A stretch of 63,411 nucleotides of DNA, counting the filler, from Sluysia triapertura (lineage: Eukaryota), in NCBI GenBank assembly GCA_046118255.1. It is 5 parts of 5 records of this genome, joined end to end, with 100 filler letters (N's around TTAATTAATTAA, not from the genome) between each part and the next. Parts side by side here need not be neighbours in the genome. Positions count along the whole stretch, not along the records: positions 37,379 to 49,411 come from JBJNIA010146054.1; positions 49,512 to 63,411 come from JBJNIA010015088.1; 3 more parts are not named here. One strand, written 5' to 3'. A program made the position numbers and the translations under genes. Under the pieces are notes generated by a model that was not told the origin of the DNA, ran no database searches, and worked only from the letters and a program-made list of their open reading frames with translations. Below, piece by piece: positions 41,608 to 54,000 of the stretch. Within the stretch, counting starts at the first letter, position 1, and the number at the start of each line of letters is the position of its first letter.

Positions 41608-41662
41608 TTAACAAAATCATAAGCAAGGCAAAATTTTAGAAAATAAATCACACTAAATCGTC

Positions 41663-41668
41663 ATTTTA

Positions 41669-41736
<68 letters not shown>
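41663..41736. repeat. (ATT)n microsatellite
   Basis: Near-perfect ATT run. Confidence 0.9.
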
Positions 41737-41738
<2 letters not shown>

Positions 41739-41869
41739 ATTAATTAACTTTATTTATACATTAAAAATATTATTTTTATCATTTTATTATCAATATCATT
41801 GTTTTTCATTATTAAGACCAGTATAACGGTCATCATCATTTAATTAATTTTTCTATTTAATTATTCTAC

Positions 41870-42060
41870 TCTGTCACCAGCATACAGTTGATATAAACTA
41901 TTCAACATGTCATGTTAACTTTCGACTGATGACATTTACTAAGTATCATTGTCGCCAGATATTTCATCTAAATATTTTAGCAGTGTCTATACTTTCATTG
42001 GTTGTCCAACCAAAACTACTATTTGCATCATTATTACTCGTTTTGGTTGGATAACCAAAC
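41870..42060 (+). repeat. Twin-hairpin module, copy 2
   Basis: TGTCACCAG...CTGATGACA and TTGGTTGTCCAACCAAAAC / GTTTTGGTTGGATAACCAA. Confidence 0.75.
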
Positions 42061-42436
42061 AATAAAAATTTATTATTTATCAAAAATTTTTTAATACATT
42101 GATCGTAAAGAAAAAGGCGAATTATAAACAAATTTCGATACTTATATTAATGAGTACTCTGCAATGTCTATTAAAAGTTTTATAATTATTAGTAAATCGA
42201 ATACAGATTTACTTCCATTTTATATGTTATTCAAACTTGTTGATAGAAATATAGTATCAAACTTTTACGACAAAGATAATTTAATTATGTTGCTAACGTA
42301 AAGCAAATAAAAGATAGTAGATTTGTAGATGAATGTAATATATTGTAATATCTTATAGACCAGAATAATAAACTAGTAAATAGAAAAAATCCTTAGGCCA
42401 AACTCAACGCTAAAAGAAAAATTAGTTTCAGCTGGT

Positions 42437-43060
42437 ATGTTTCACGAACTATACATAGTATTATTGAGCATTTTAAACTTTTCGAATAATGAAATTAATG
42501 AAGGTTATGTTACATCAGTACAATCGAAAGAGTTTACTATGATTAGTAAAAGTCACAAAAAAGTCATGTCATCAGGTTCGAATCAGATTTGTCCTTTGAA
42601 ATACGAAATGATAAAGCAAGATAAAAGTATAGATAGATTAATTGTAATAGTTGATGTTCAGGTTATGGATATTCATATCAATATAATTCCAACGTCTCAC
42701 AAATTAGTTATTACGAATATTGTAGATTTTGATGAATTAACAGTAAGGACAGAATTGTCGAATGAAAGATCAAAAATTGGCCTTTTTAAGCTTTTCTACA
42801 ATGGCAACAAACCTTTTCATCATAAACCACATAACGACATCAATGACAATAAAATTTACAAGATGGACCTTTATTTATATTAAGCTACTCAATCTGGAGA
42901 ATGTTCAAAATCTGGCAATAATTGCAGATATTGCCACACAGTTTACGAATGTAAAGATGTTATTAGCTATCCAACAAATTTTCTATTAATAACCTTTGGA
43001 GTTATATTGGACAATTGGTGCTGCTGATATCAACAAGTGTAGTTCTATTAGCGTACGATC
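42437..43060 (+). pseudogene. ORF ending in decayed TIS11/ZFP36-like CCCH zinc finger(s)
   Basis: In frame through one stop: KIYKMDL(Y)LY*ATQSGECSKSGNNCRYCH (YKTELC-like lead-in); second finger remnant YWTIG...KC. Confidence 0.6.
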
Positions 43061-43764
43061 AGATTCAATGGTATGGGAATTTTACATTTTGTTACGATTC
43101 ATTTTTATTCAAGTCAATTTCATGAACACTTTACGAGGAATATTCGGAAATTGCCGAAACAATGTAGAAAAAAATTAATTTTTATATCAATGTTATAAAA
43201 ATAGATAACTTAAATTAATTTTTGTTAAAAAACTTTCAAAGAGATAAAGTTTTGATAATATTTTTCTATTTTTAGTAATATTTCTGAACATAATTAAATC
43301 GAATTTATTAAGAAAGAGTAACATGATACAAATTCATTCAACAAATAATTCAATATCAAAATCTGACCCACCCTTATTGGTCACATTTAATAAGAAAAAC
43401 GAATTTAAAAATTTTAACCAAATTCTTTGAATTAAATTATTATCAGTCTCATTTTTATTTTTATTTTATAGAAAAATATTAGCTAAATTATTATTACTTA
43501 TTTTCTCTTATTAGCCGATAATAGTTTGGAAGAAATAATTAATAAATTTGTTATAATACTTTGAGAAATGGATCAGTCTATCAATTTGTAATATTGATAC
43601 TAATTTTCAAGTGGATTTTGAAATCTTACATGAAATTTAAAGACGGAAAATGTATTCATATAGCTATAAAAATATTTGAAATAAATTATAAACTAATGTT
43701 TATCTTTCAATATTAATCCATAAACTGTCAAGATTCCAATTTGGAGATATTGGTATGTACACCA

Positions 43765-44480
43765 TGCGGTGGCCAACCTCTAACTTAAAATTCAAAATAA
43801 TTATTTTAATTGCATTACCACATTTATTAACACTTTGTATTTTACTTTTTCAGAATTTATCAGAACCTTTTTTTACATTTCAAAATATTTTAAATTCATA
43901 ACTTGTAACATCAAAATCATACATTCAAAACATTATTGTGCATTTCAAATCTCATTTAAAACATTATTATCCCACAATTTTACAACATTGAAATTACAAT
44001 TTACATCTCAAATTATCATAGAAAACGTTAAAATTAATCAAAAACATGTCAACTTCACAATTATTCACGACCTTGAAAAACATGTAACGCACACTTCAAA
44101 ACCATTCTAAGCATTTTTATACAAATAAAATTTCAATTCATTTCATATGTTAAGAAAGAATATAAAGAAAAGAAAGCTTATGTAATGAAAGAAATTAAGT
44201 TTATTTTATTAATTTATTTTATTATTTTCTTTAACTCCATTATCATTAATCACAATTTTGATTTATTTGCTGTAACTACCACTACTTACCCTATCAGTAA
44301 TGACAGTTTTTCAATTTGTACACATCATCCACTGTCATTACTGATGGTCATATTATTTAAAACGTTTTATTAGTGTGCCTTTTACCACATTCATTTCCAA
44401 ACACCTAGTTTCATTGGATGTCCAATCAATACTATTGTTTGCATTGTTTTTAATCGTTCTGGTTTGACATCCAATTGATA
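43765..44480 (+). repeat. Complete cassette: TGCGGTGGCCAACC start, C/A tract, twin hairpins (copy 3)
   Basis: Hairpins ATCAGTAATGACAGT / ACTGTCATTACTGAT (perfect 15 bp) and ATTGGATGTC / GACATCCAAT. Confidence 0.75.
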
Positions 44481-44643
44481 TCGATTTTGTAAATATCACT
44501 CAAAAAATTTTTATGCACAATTAACTACGAAATTGCCAAAAAACAAAAATTAAGAAATAGTAACTTCAAGATATTATTGTGATTCATTTGTCAAATCAAG
44601 TAAAGAAACATTAAATGGTACTTAATACCAGTTAAATGAACCT

Positions 44644-45865
44644 TGTGGTGGCCAACCTATTAATCTTAACAAATTTTACTAAAATCTCACCTTAAATATA
44701 TCAAAATTCCACAAATCTTTAAAATATACATTACAAATTTTTTTAAAAAATATTGTAAAAACTAATACATCATAACTAAAATGATACCCTTTAACAATAT
44801 ACTACAACCTTATAAAATTCATCACAATTATTTTTATATCTTATTTCTTTTCAAATCTACAAAAACAAAATTTCACTTTTCAAAATACCTCAAGTCTATA
44901 AATTCTTAACAGACTATACCATCATTCACATTAAGAAATTCATTAAGAACATTTATCCAACACCTCACAACATCCAAATCACAATAACGTCTTAAACTAC
45001 AAAGCACACTAAACATTCATTCAAAATATTTTTATTTTTACACCCTTTCATCTCAAACAATTTAATCACATCCATATTCATAATTAATCAACAAATACTT
45101 CCAAAATAAATTAAACACTATAAATCTACATCTAGCACTATCCAATTGTAATAGTCAAACATTATCCCAAGTATTTAGTTTAGAAGTATCTATACTTCAA
45201 TAACATTCCAGCCAAAAAACATCATTTCAGTCAAAATATCATAATCAATTAGTATACAATTTCAAATAATCTTAAACATTTCAACATTCCCATCTTTATC
45301 TCTTAATTTCACTAAAAACATTAATCGACGTCTAACAGTCTTTGTAACCATCTACACTCTAACACACCTTTAGTTGAAATATTATTAATTCAAGAATAAT
45401 AAGTTATATTCTACCAGACGCACAAAACATTCATTTTAATCTAGATATTAAGATTTAAGCCTTCATTCTTTATGAGTTTAACTTTCATATGTCCAGAAAT
45501 ATCAAGAAAAGCAAAGAAAGATAATGTAAAACGTCTAAAAACAAGAAATTCATGCATTTTTCGATTAATAATAATAACACTTCGTTATTATTATTATTAT
45601 CATTATCATTATTTTAAACACAATTTAGTTAAATTTAATATAAATCAACGCAGCTTATAATCAACTGTTACTGCCATCATCAGCAACGACATTTTGCTTT
45701 GCATTAACAATTCTATGTCACTGTTGATGATGGTAGTCATCACAATATGACATCAAATTTCATATTAATTAGCAAAAATTAAACTTACCGATTATTGGCG
45801 GTCCAACTAAATCAGTGGTTGTGTTTAAGCTCTCAAAATCATTTTTGGTTGGACAGCCAATCGTG
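44644..45865 (+). repeat. Complete cassette: TGTGGTGGCCAACC start, C/A tract, ATT tract, twin hairpins (copy 4)
   Basis: Hairpins ACTGCCATCATCAGCA / TGTTGATGATGGTAGT and ATTGGCGGTCCAAC / GTTGGACAGCCAAT. Confidence 0.75.
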
Positions 45866-46021
45866 ATACGAAAGATGTGGCAATGCATTAAAAATGTTCA
45901 CAATAATCATTACTCAATTGGTGATAAAAGTAAACAGAATAACATTAGACGAACGACAATAAACGATTATCAGTACAATTAATTATTACTAATCCTAAAA
46001 TGTTATATCACCTAAAGTATT

Positions 46022-46966
46022 GTGGTAACTATGTTTGCGAGGATGAAGTTGATGTCAAACACTGTTATAAAAACAACAAGGATTGTAAAGATTATATTCG
46101 CAAAGTCATCACTTACAATATTTATTATTATGAAATTGAAGATGCTAACCTCTGTTAAATGTCACTGTGACAGTTTTAAATTTTGTAACAACAATAACGA
46201 GTTTTCTTTTAGTTCTAAAGACGATCACAACTATTTCAAGTACGTTAAAGATAGAATTAATAACAATCATTTCAAACATCAAGCAAGCAATGACGAAACT
46301 GTTAACAGTTACATAGTCAATAAAAATCATGAAGATATAAATTATGGCTATTCTTTCGACCATTTCAAAAATGATAATAATTGCGAAAACTATTGCGAAG
46401 TGAGTAACAATTTCATTCAGAATCATTTAGTTAAAAGATATGATTACGATGATTATAAATACATTGATTTTTAGTTAAAAGATAATGTTGATTATAAATA
46501 CTTTGACATTTTAGTTAAAAGATACGATAACGATGATTTTAAAGTTAAAATCATGACAGGACAACAATGTCAAAAAATTTCTTAAACAATACAACGCAAT
46601 ATCCTGACAAGGAAGATTATAAAATCTAACACAACTTCGATGATCTCCGCGAAACGGACTATATTATAAAGAAAAATTATTCGGGTAAAGTCATTGCTTT
46701 CTGCCCATATTCTGCCGATGACCAAGGATGTTATCTAATGAATGGCGTAAAGTGCCGATATGAGCACAAGTTGAATGATTCCGAGATCAAACAACTGTTC
46801 CAGAGTGTAGAGTCATGGTTAACTACACATACTCCAAGTAATGTCGTATCTAAGACTAATAAAGTAATTACCATCTTTCATTGTAATAATAATTATTAAT
46901 GTGATTTAATTCCAGGTAACGACAACCAGGAATTATCCAACGGTCTATGCAGAATTATACATTTGA
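46022..46966 (+). pseudogene. Asn/Asp-rich repetitive protein ending in a CCCH zinc finger (disrupted)
   Basis: 46630-46863 reads ...VIAFCPYSADDQGCYLMNGVKCRYEH (C-x8-C-x7-C-x3-H); possible 52-nt intron 46864-46915; upstream part has stops and TTAGTTAAAAGATA repeats. Confidence 0.55.
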
Positions 46967-48768
46967 CCATCAAAGTTCTAACTTTAAAATTTTATAATAG
47001 ATATTTAAATGTGTATGACTATTTCTTATTGTGTAAAACTAACAAAAATTAAACAACCTTTGAATAAATATTTCACAAATTTACAATTAAGATTAATCAT
47101 AATTTCTAAACGTAACATAATAATATCAACACCAAAAACCTAACAATTTAGTCAAAGCTGATAATGTCACTAACAATTCATACCAACTAAACAACAAAAT
47201 AGAATCAATCATTTTATATAATTCTTTTATATAAGCCTGATGATAAAGAAATAAAATCCTCCCATTTTCAATTAATCGATGCACATCCAAGATCTAAAAC
47301 GTTATTTTATCAATATTTTTCTACAGTGAACGTATTTTCCAGACCATATTATGCTCCAGACAAATGCGAATTTCTAACTCAAATTAAACTAAATATAAAT
47401 AATTCATTTCTTAGTTTTTCATATTCGTTTTCAGTACTGAAAGCACTTCGCTATCAACGGTGATCATCATTTATACCTGTTCTACTGGTTGCATGATTAT
47501 GAGAATCCCAGATTTTAATAGTTTTATTATTCCAACGGAAGCACTTAAAACAGTTCTAAATAGTTTGTTAGTGTTTCCAAATGAAATTTAATCAGCATAC
47601 TATACGGATTGATGAATTATCATCTAAATTACGTTTGAAACTTCTTATATCATCTTGGCATCGTATCTTAATCAAGCTCATGTGTAAAAATTTAATGTGT
47701 AACAATGTGTTTTATCCTTCAAAGTCTTGTCGATTTACTCAATCTTTAACCATCGTTACAACAGATCAAGATGTTTCATGATCTAATGATCCAGCTATAC
47801 ATAATCTTAAATGAAATTAATAGTATTGAATTAGATTTTAACATGGTGGCTAAAATTTGTGTTATATGTTTTTCACCAATCACATCGATGAAATTCATAA
47901 GGATACAATTAGTTCTGTAGAAGAAAGATTTATTTCGAAGTTTTCGAAGACCTTGCGTAATTCCTTAACAACTACATCCATAATCAAAATTATTTCAAAT
48001 GAAGAAAATTATAATTCAATAAGATTGGGACAATGTCCATTACAGTCTGACAAATTAGGACAATGCAGTAAATTCGAATCTTCGTGCAGGTTTCAAATTA
48101 ATTATATTGGTACCAACATAAATGTCATTCATGACCATATACAACGTATCAATAATATTATAAAGGCTATCCACGATGTCAAAGAAAAGAACAATTTGAC
48201 ATGTAATGAGAATCATAATGAGATTGTCGAAACTACTCAAATTATTAAACACACGAATAATTGCAAACGCAAAGTAATCTTATTCTTTAATATTCAATCA
48301 CTGTTTAATTTTTAATTTTCCGGAATCTACAATCTAAAAAAATGATATGTGTCCTAATGTAAGCAGTTCAGCTAACATTTCAAATGACCCTACAACTTTT
48401 AACTTTAATATAATACAAATAAATGTATTTTAATGTTTATATTATCTAACGTTTCATTTTTAAAATTAAATTCATGCAATAAGATTAAAGCCGATTTATT
48501 TAAATTATTAAATCTTCATAGAAGTGTTTCCAAGTTAAGTATAATTATTTGTAACACAATAATTCGAGTTTTATATATAAATGAAACGTTTAAACCTTAT
48601 CACACTCCAAACAACACTTGGCGCGAAGAAATGCCAGGTATGTTTGACAGTTTAATTTGAATAATTAAATTCGTTTCCCGTTAATGAGTTAAGTCGCATT
48701 CTTAATTAATAATTTTGTGTTCAACGTAATCAGTATGTTTAAAGTGAAATAAATTAATTAATAATTAC

Positions 48769-49119
48769 TTCAACTTCTCGATATCGACACCAATCCAACA
48801 AAGTAATTTGTTCTGCTAACTCTTTGCTAGAAAAACTAAAAATATTCTTTTGCCGACTTGGTGATTTTTGATGAATTTCTTCTGTTGGTGTTTCTGAATA
48901 TGAGTTTACATTAGTTCCAGAAACTGTAGAATCATTATAAGACATATCTTGAATAATCTGAGATAATTCATCATCACGTCTAAGACATTCTTGTTCAGAT
49001 TCTATAGCTTTATTTATAGCAATGCAAAATTGTTTTTCACCATAGATTTCTAAATTTTGTTGAAATTCTTCAATGCGTGCTTTTAATTGATCTGTTAAAT
49101 CATGTTTCAGTTTACCGAT
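48769..49119 (-). CDS. Exon of a Ras-family GEF (REM end and CDC25 start), RAPGEF1/C3G-like
   Basis: IFSFSSKELAEQITLLDW... is the CDC25 domain start; bounded by AG and GT; remaining exons not traced. Confidence 0.75.
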
Positions 49120-49411
49120 CTGTAAAAATAATATCATTTTGACTAAACAAAATTATAACATAAAACAATAAAAGTGATATTAAAAGTGTCCCATCACATA
49201 ACAAAAACTTTATTACTCATTTCGTATTTTTATATTATGTAATTCTTTTATTATTAAAAATAAACCAACTTTATTCAAATTAAAAGGAAGAGTTAAACAT
49301 TTTTATCAATTATTATTTTGTTTTTGTTTTCTTCTTTATAATTTTACATTTATTAGGTTTACTTTGTATTCCCGGGAATTAAAAAGCGCTTTATTTTCAG
49401 CATAATGGAAC

Positions 49412-49511
49412 NNNNNNNNNNNNNNNNNNNNNNNNNNNNNNNNNNNNNNNNNNNNTTAATTAATTAANNNNNNNNNNNNNNNNNNNNNNNNNNNNNNNNN
49501 NNNNNNNNNNN
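49412..49511. other. Artificial contig-joining spacer
   Basis: Same N44-TTAATTAATTAA-N44 structure. Confidence 0.97.
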
Positions 49512-51089
49512 TTTAAATTTATTAGCCATTGTCATATGAGTTTTTTTCCTAAAAAGTATAAACCTAAGTCAACAATCTATATTCAAAATTTAAGTTGCTT
49601 ATATAGAGGTTGCTTATAGAGAATGTTGCTTATATAGAGCGTTCACTGTATTATTATTCTAAACCCTAGAACCCAGCAATATGCTTTTGGAACATAATTT
49701 GTCATTTTGAGTCAAATTAAAGGAAAAACAACCGGAATAGAAAAGTATTATTTCTATTTTGTCATTTTGAAAACAGAGACGATTGTTTACGCTAGGGGTT
49801 GAAAATTTTGATTCGATGGATATTTTGATTATCATTATATAACATAATTCTAGCAGAAATAGCAAGATGATCTTGTAGAGATCTAATAGTTACACTCAAA
49901 CCTGATAGATAATTTTTGTGATCAAATTTACCAAGAACTGAATTCAGAATAAAATGTATCTATTAATTGTCAATGAATAATTACTGTTTGTCATTAACTT
50001 TGAAGCTTTACTTGGAACTTTGATGCCCAAAATTTTGCATGTCGGAAAGCATGTTCAAAATGATCATGCTTTTCACTTAATGCTTGCAGTTTCTTATTTC
50101 AGCTTATTTACGTTCGTAAGACGAATAATTTCCAGAGTTACGAGGACTAGGGTTGTCAGGCTATATTTTTCACGAGCACACAAATTCACTCAGAATAGTA
50201 AAAACACAAAACTGAAGCTCATACTAGTACGCTAAGGTCTTTGTGATCATCACAATTATCTATTCTTATGAGATTACTCGTTTCAGTTCTGCAGCTTTAG
50301 ATTATGGTTTCATTACTAAACCAAACTTTATATTAAAAACAAGAATCAATATGAATCTTAGAATAAAGTATGAGATAGAAGATCCATCTTTTGTTTCAGT
50401 AAGCTATTTTTAAGACTTATATTATCGCTTTGTAGCCTTGCATACATTGATTGTTTATTCAATCCTTAGAGCAATTTTTCGTCAACTGAAGTGTTGCCCA
50501 CGCTTACTATTTCCAATCTTGTTGAACCCCTTGATAAAATTTCGCTACAATTAAGTTGTGCTAAAGGTATTTCGAAAATTAAAATAACTGAAATTTAAAT
50601 AAGATTTGTATTACAAATAAATTAATTTGTATCACGTAACACTGTTTCTACCACGATTTTGTGTATACCTATTTCGACCAAAAAGTGTATATTTAGATCT
50701 AGAATGAGCTAAAGGAAACTTATACCGCTAAATAAATTTAACAATTATTATACGAAGTCAAAACATGAATAGGAAAAAATGGTTAAACTTAGAAAATAAT
50801 TTCAAATTAAAATGTTAACATATTGTTAACCGGTCACACGAGTTAAGTCGTGATTGCATTTGCATTAGCAATTTCAATTTATGAAACCTGGGCCAATATT
50901 GTTTCAGTTGCACATTCAATTGTGAAATAATAGCCGGTGATATGAGATTGCTTCAGCATAAAATTGCCGGTCACCAATGTATAGAAAGTATGAAACTGAC
51001 TAAAAATTCAATGTGAAAATAATTGTTTAAATGAAAATGTTAAATTATAAACAAAGTAATTAATTATGTACTGATTTTGTCTATTTTAG

Positions 51090-54000
51090 GAGATGCTGAT
51101 TTGGATCGCTTAGTTAGTGATATTGAATTTACATTTCACTTAATATTACGAGAAAATAATTTGCACTTTAATAATATGAAGAATAATTTAAAACAGTTAG
51201 TGATTTTATTATTAATTTATTCATTTACTCCATTTTGTGTTCCAGCTTATCAAATATTTTAGACTACTTTAAATAATCTTTGAAATTATTTAAACATTTA
51301 TTTTGATCGTGAAGTCTTATTCAAGTTTTATCAATTTAATATTTTTTGAATTTTTAACTTTACATTAACTGAAATTTTGATTTCAAAATTATAATATTTA
51401 ATTCTTTAATTTTGACAAAAACGTGACGTCACCATCGAATTGGGTGAAAATGTACTCCAATCATTGTTAATAATCTTTGAATACGAAACATTAAATTTTG
51501 GAAATTCATTTGCTTCAATCTGAAGTTTTGAATTGATTTATTTATTGAGTAAAAATAAATGTTTGTATTTGTTTGGAAATTTATTAGTTCGAAACTTGAT
51601 TCTATTGGAAAAAGTGGAAGTGAAAACTTTAATTCTTTAAATCTTTAAATCTCTGTACTCGGATATAAATTAAAGGCTTAACGCACTAATATTTATTTGA
51701 TAGCAATAATAAACTAATGCAAGTTTAAATGTAATGTACTAAAGGAACCATACACAAATCCTAAAAATCGTGTTCTTATTTAATTTAATGTTTAAAATAG
51801 TTTTAATAGCATTAGTACTTTCTTATAAAATAATTAATAGCGTTCAGTTGTCATTAATATTTGAAAAATAATTTTAACCAAGATAATGTTCAGTTTCTCA
51901 AAAAATATTATGAGACCAAATAATTTAAAATATAAATTAATAATCAAATGAATTAAAAATAATGAATATTGATTAGAATTTTTTCGTCTACTCAATAATA
52001 AGTCTAAAACACAAACTGAAGCAAATAATATTTCAATAACATCATTAAACAACAAATTAAAACAAGAAAATAAGAATAAATGATGAAGTAAACACATATG
52101 GGAACTTACTAAACTTAATTAGTTAAAAGGAAAAGCAGCAGACCAGATAGAAACACTGCAAAAATGAAAATGCTAATACAGTAGTAATAAAATAACTGAC
52201 ATTAGCATGCATGAGTAAAAGCAAACTAACATAAGGTGGATGTAAATAAATACATTATATGAACAAAATTATATTTTAAAATAAAATTAAGCATTATACA
52301 GAAGCTATATAATCACGAAAATCTGTATATTAAGATTATGTACATGTAACTAACTATATTGACTACTTAACGAAATTAAAATCATAATTGACTGTAGTGT
52401 CAGAGCACAGGCCTTAAATAAGCGAGCTTATACAAATATAATAATAATATAAAAACAATTTAGAAATAAATAATATTTTTATCTTTAAAGAAAACTAGGG
52501 CGCGACTCCCATTAAAAACACAAAAAATAGGCAGGACGTTTATTTATAAAATAAATAATTAATTTAAGGTATAACATCCATTGGGTTGTAAAAGAAAAAT
52601 AGCCTATAAAACCGTAGTTAACGCTAAGAAAAAATAATCAATAAAGCAACTATCACAGATTTATAATAGTAAGATCAAAAATTACGGAGAAATTTTGAGT
52701 TAAAAAGCAATCAATTGTCATTTTCTCATAGAAACCGATATAAAATTCAGTTCAAATAATTATTTGACAAGCAGAGCTCGATATCTATATATCATTAGTG
52801 ATTTGTATAAATTGGTTCCGAATTCATAATTACGTGTGAAACAATTGGCCTGACGATAAATAATCTACATATTTAACCGACCTATTCGTAAGTTTGTCTA
52901 TTATGGGTTTTCTCCTTAAATAAATTAAGGAACAAAATCATTATTATTCTTTTGAAGCTAGTTTAAAACTAGTTGTAAAATTTTATTTTAAATTTATAAA
53001 GAAAAACTATATATTGCAGCGTTCTTTTTTGTTATTATAATTCTTGCCGTTTTATTTACCGAATATCAGCACAGAGGGTATATATCCGATATATACATAT
53101 ATTTTTTTATTGAGGATATTTTAAGGTAAGTTGTACCAATTAAAATTAAATAATTCATTTAATTAAATTCACGATACATTCAAACTAAGATACAAAACGA
53201 ATATTCATAATCATGTTACATATTAATTTTTAAGTATTTTTAATTTTTAAGTAGCGAAGTAGATATTAGTTGTATTATAATACTATTCTAATGAACAGTT
53301 TGAGCATTTAGTTGACACTATAGTATCCCAAAGATTAAATAAAGTATGAGACAACTTTTAATCGTTATTAATTACTACCCTAGCTAACGTTGAATTTTAC
53401 ACATCGCTTGTAAGATAAGCATATTCTCTCAAGGTAAAGAAAAGTGTCTAACTTACATTGAAATGACCAATCTTAGAATCAAACGTTGACTCAAGTTTAT
53501 TTCATACAAGAAGAAAAATGAAAAATCTTGTAGGTTGCTTTCCATTAGGAGCTAAGGCGGACTCATTCATTATCTTTATTTTGCATAAATAAGTCACACA
53601 AAATACCTGAAGTATTGAAAGAACATAGAGTAGTATTTTGAAACATAACCTATCTTATTATTAGAGAATTCTGCATAAATTATTATATCTTAAAGATATA
53701 TTCATTTTAGTTTCCAAAGTTTTTATTATTTCTGACAGATATTCAGGATTTTCATGACGTAAGATTATTTTCATAATTTTGAATGCTAATCTTGCTTAAT
53801 TAATAACCAATGTAATTCTTTATAATTCTTTATGGTGTTATACGAAATCCTCTTGGAAAATTAGTCTTGCTGAGTGATTCAATAGTAATTTCAATTTTCG
53901 TAATTTTTTTGTATGGTTTATTAGTTCTAAGTGAATCAAAAATTAGTTTAAACTTATCTTTATTAATACCCTAAAATCTTGCACAAATAAAAAAATAGAA

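Noticed and set aside
47490-47800. WD40 repeat remnants (LSAS..NKTIKIWDS, AGSLD) on the minus strand, with a similar piece near 36850
   Set aside because: Too short and frameshifted to support a gene call
47857-48315. 152-aa plus-strand ORF as a gene
   Set aside because: No recognisable domain or splice support; left unassigned
12353-49511. Regularly spaced TTAATTAATTAA palindromes inside N runs as a biological motif
   Set aside because: Identical N44 padding each time shows an artificial six-frame-stop linker
51834-52260. Hydrophobic ORF as mitochondrial insertion or membrane protein
   Set aside because: Hydrophobicity is expected from T-rich DNA; no diagnostic motif
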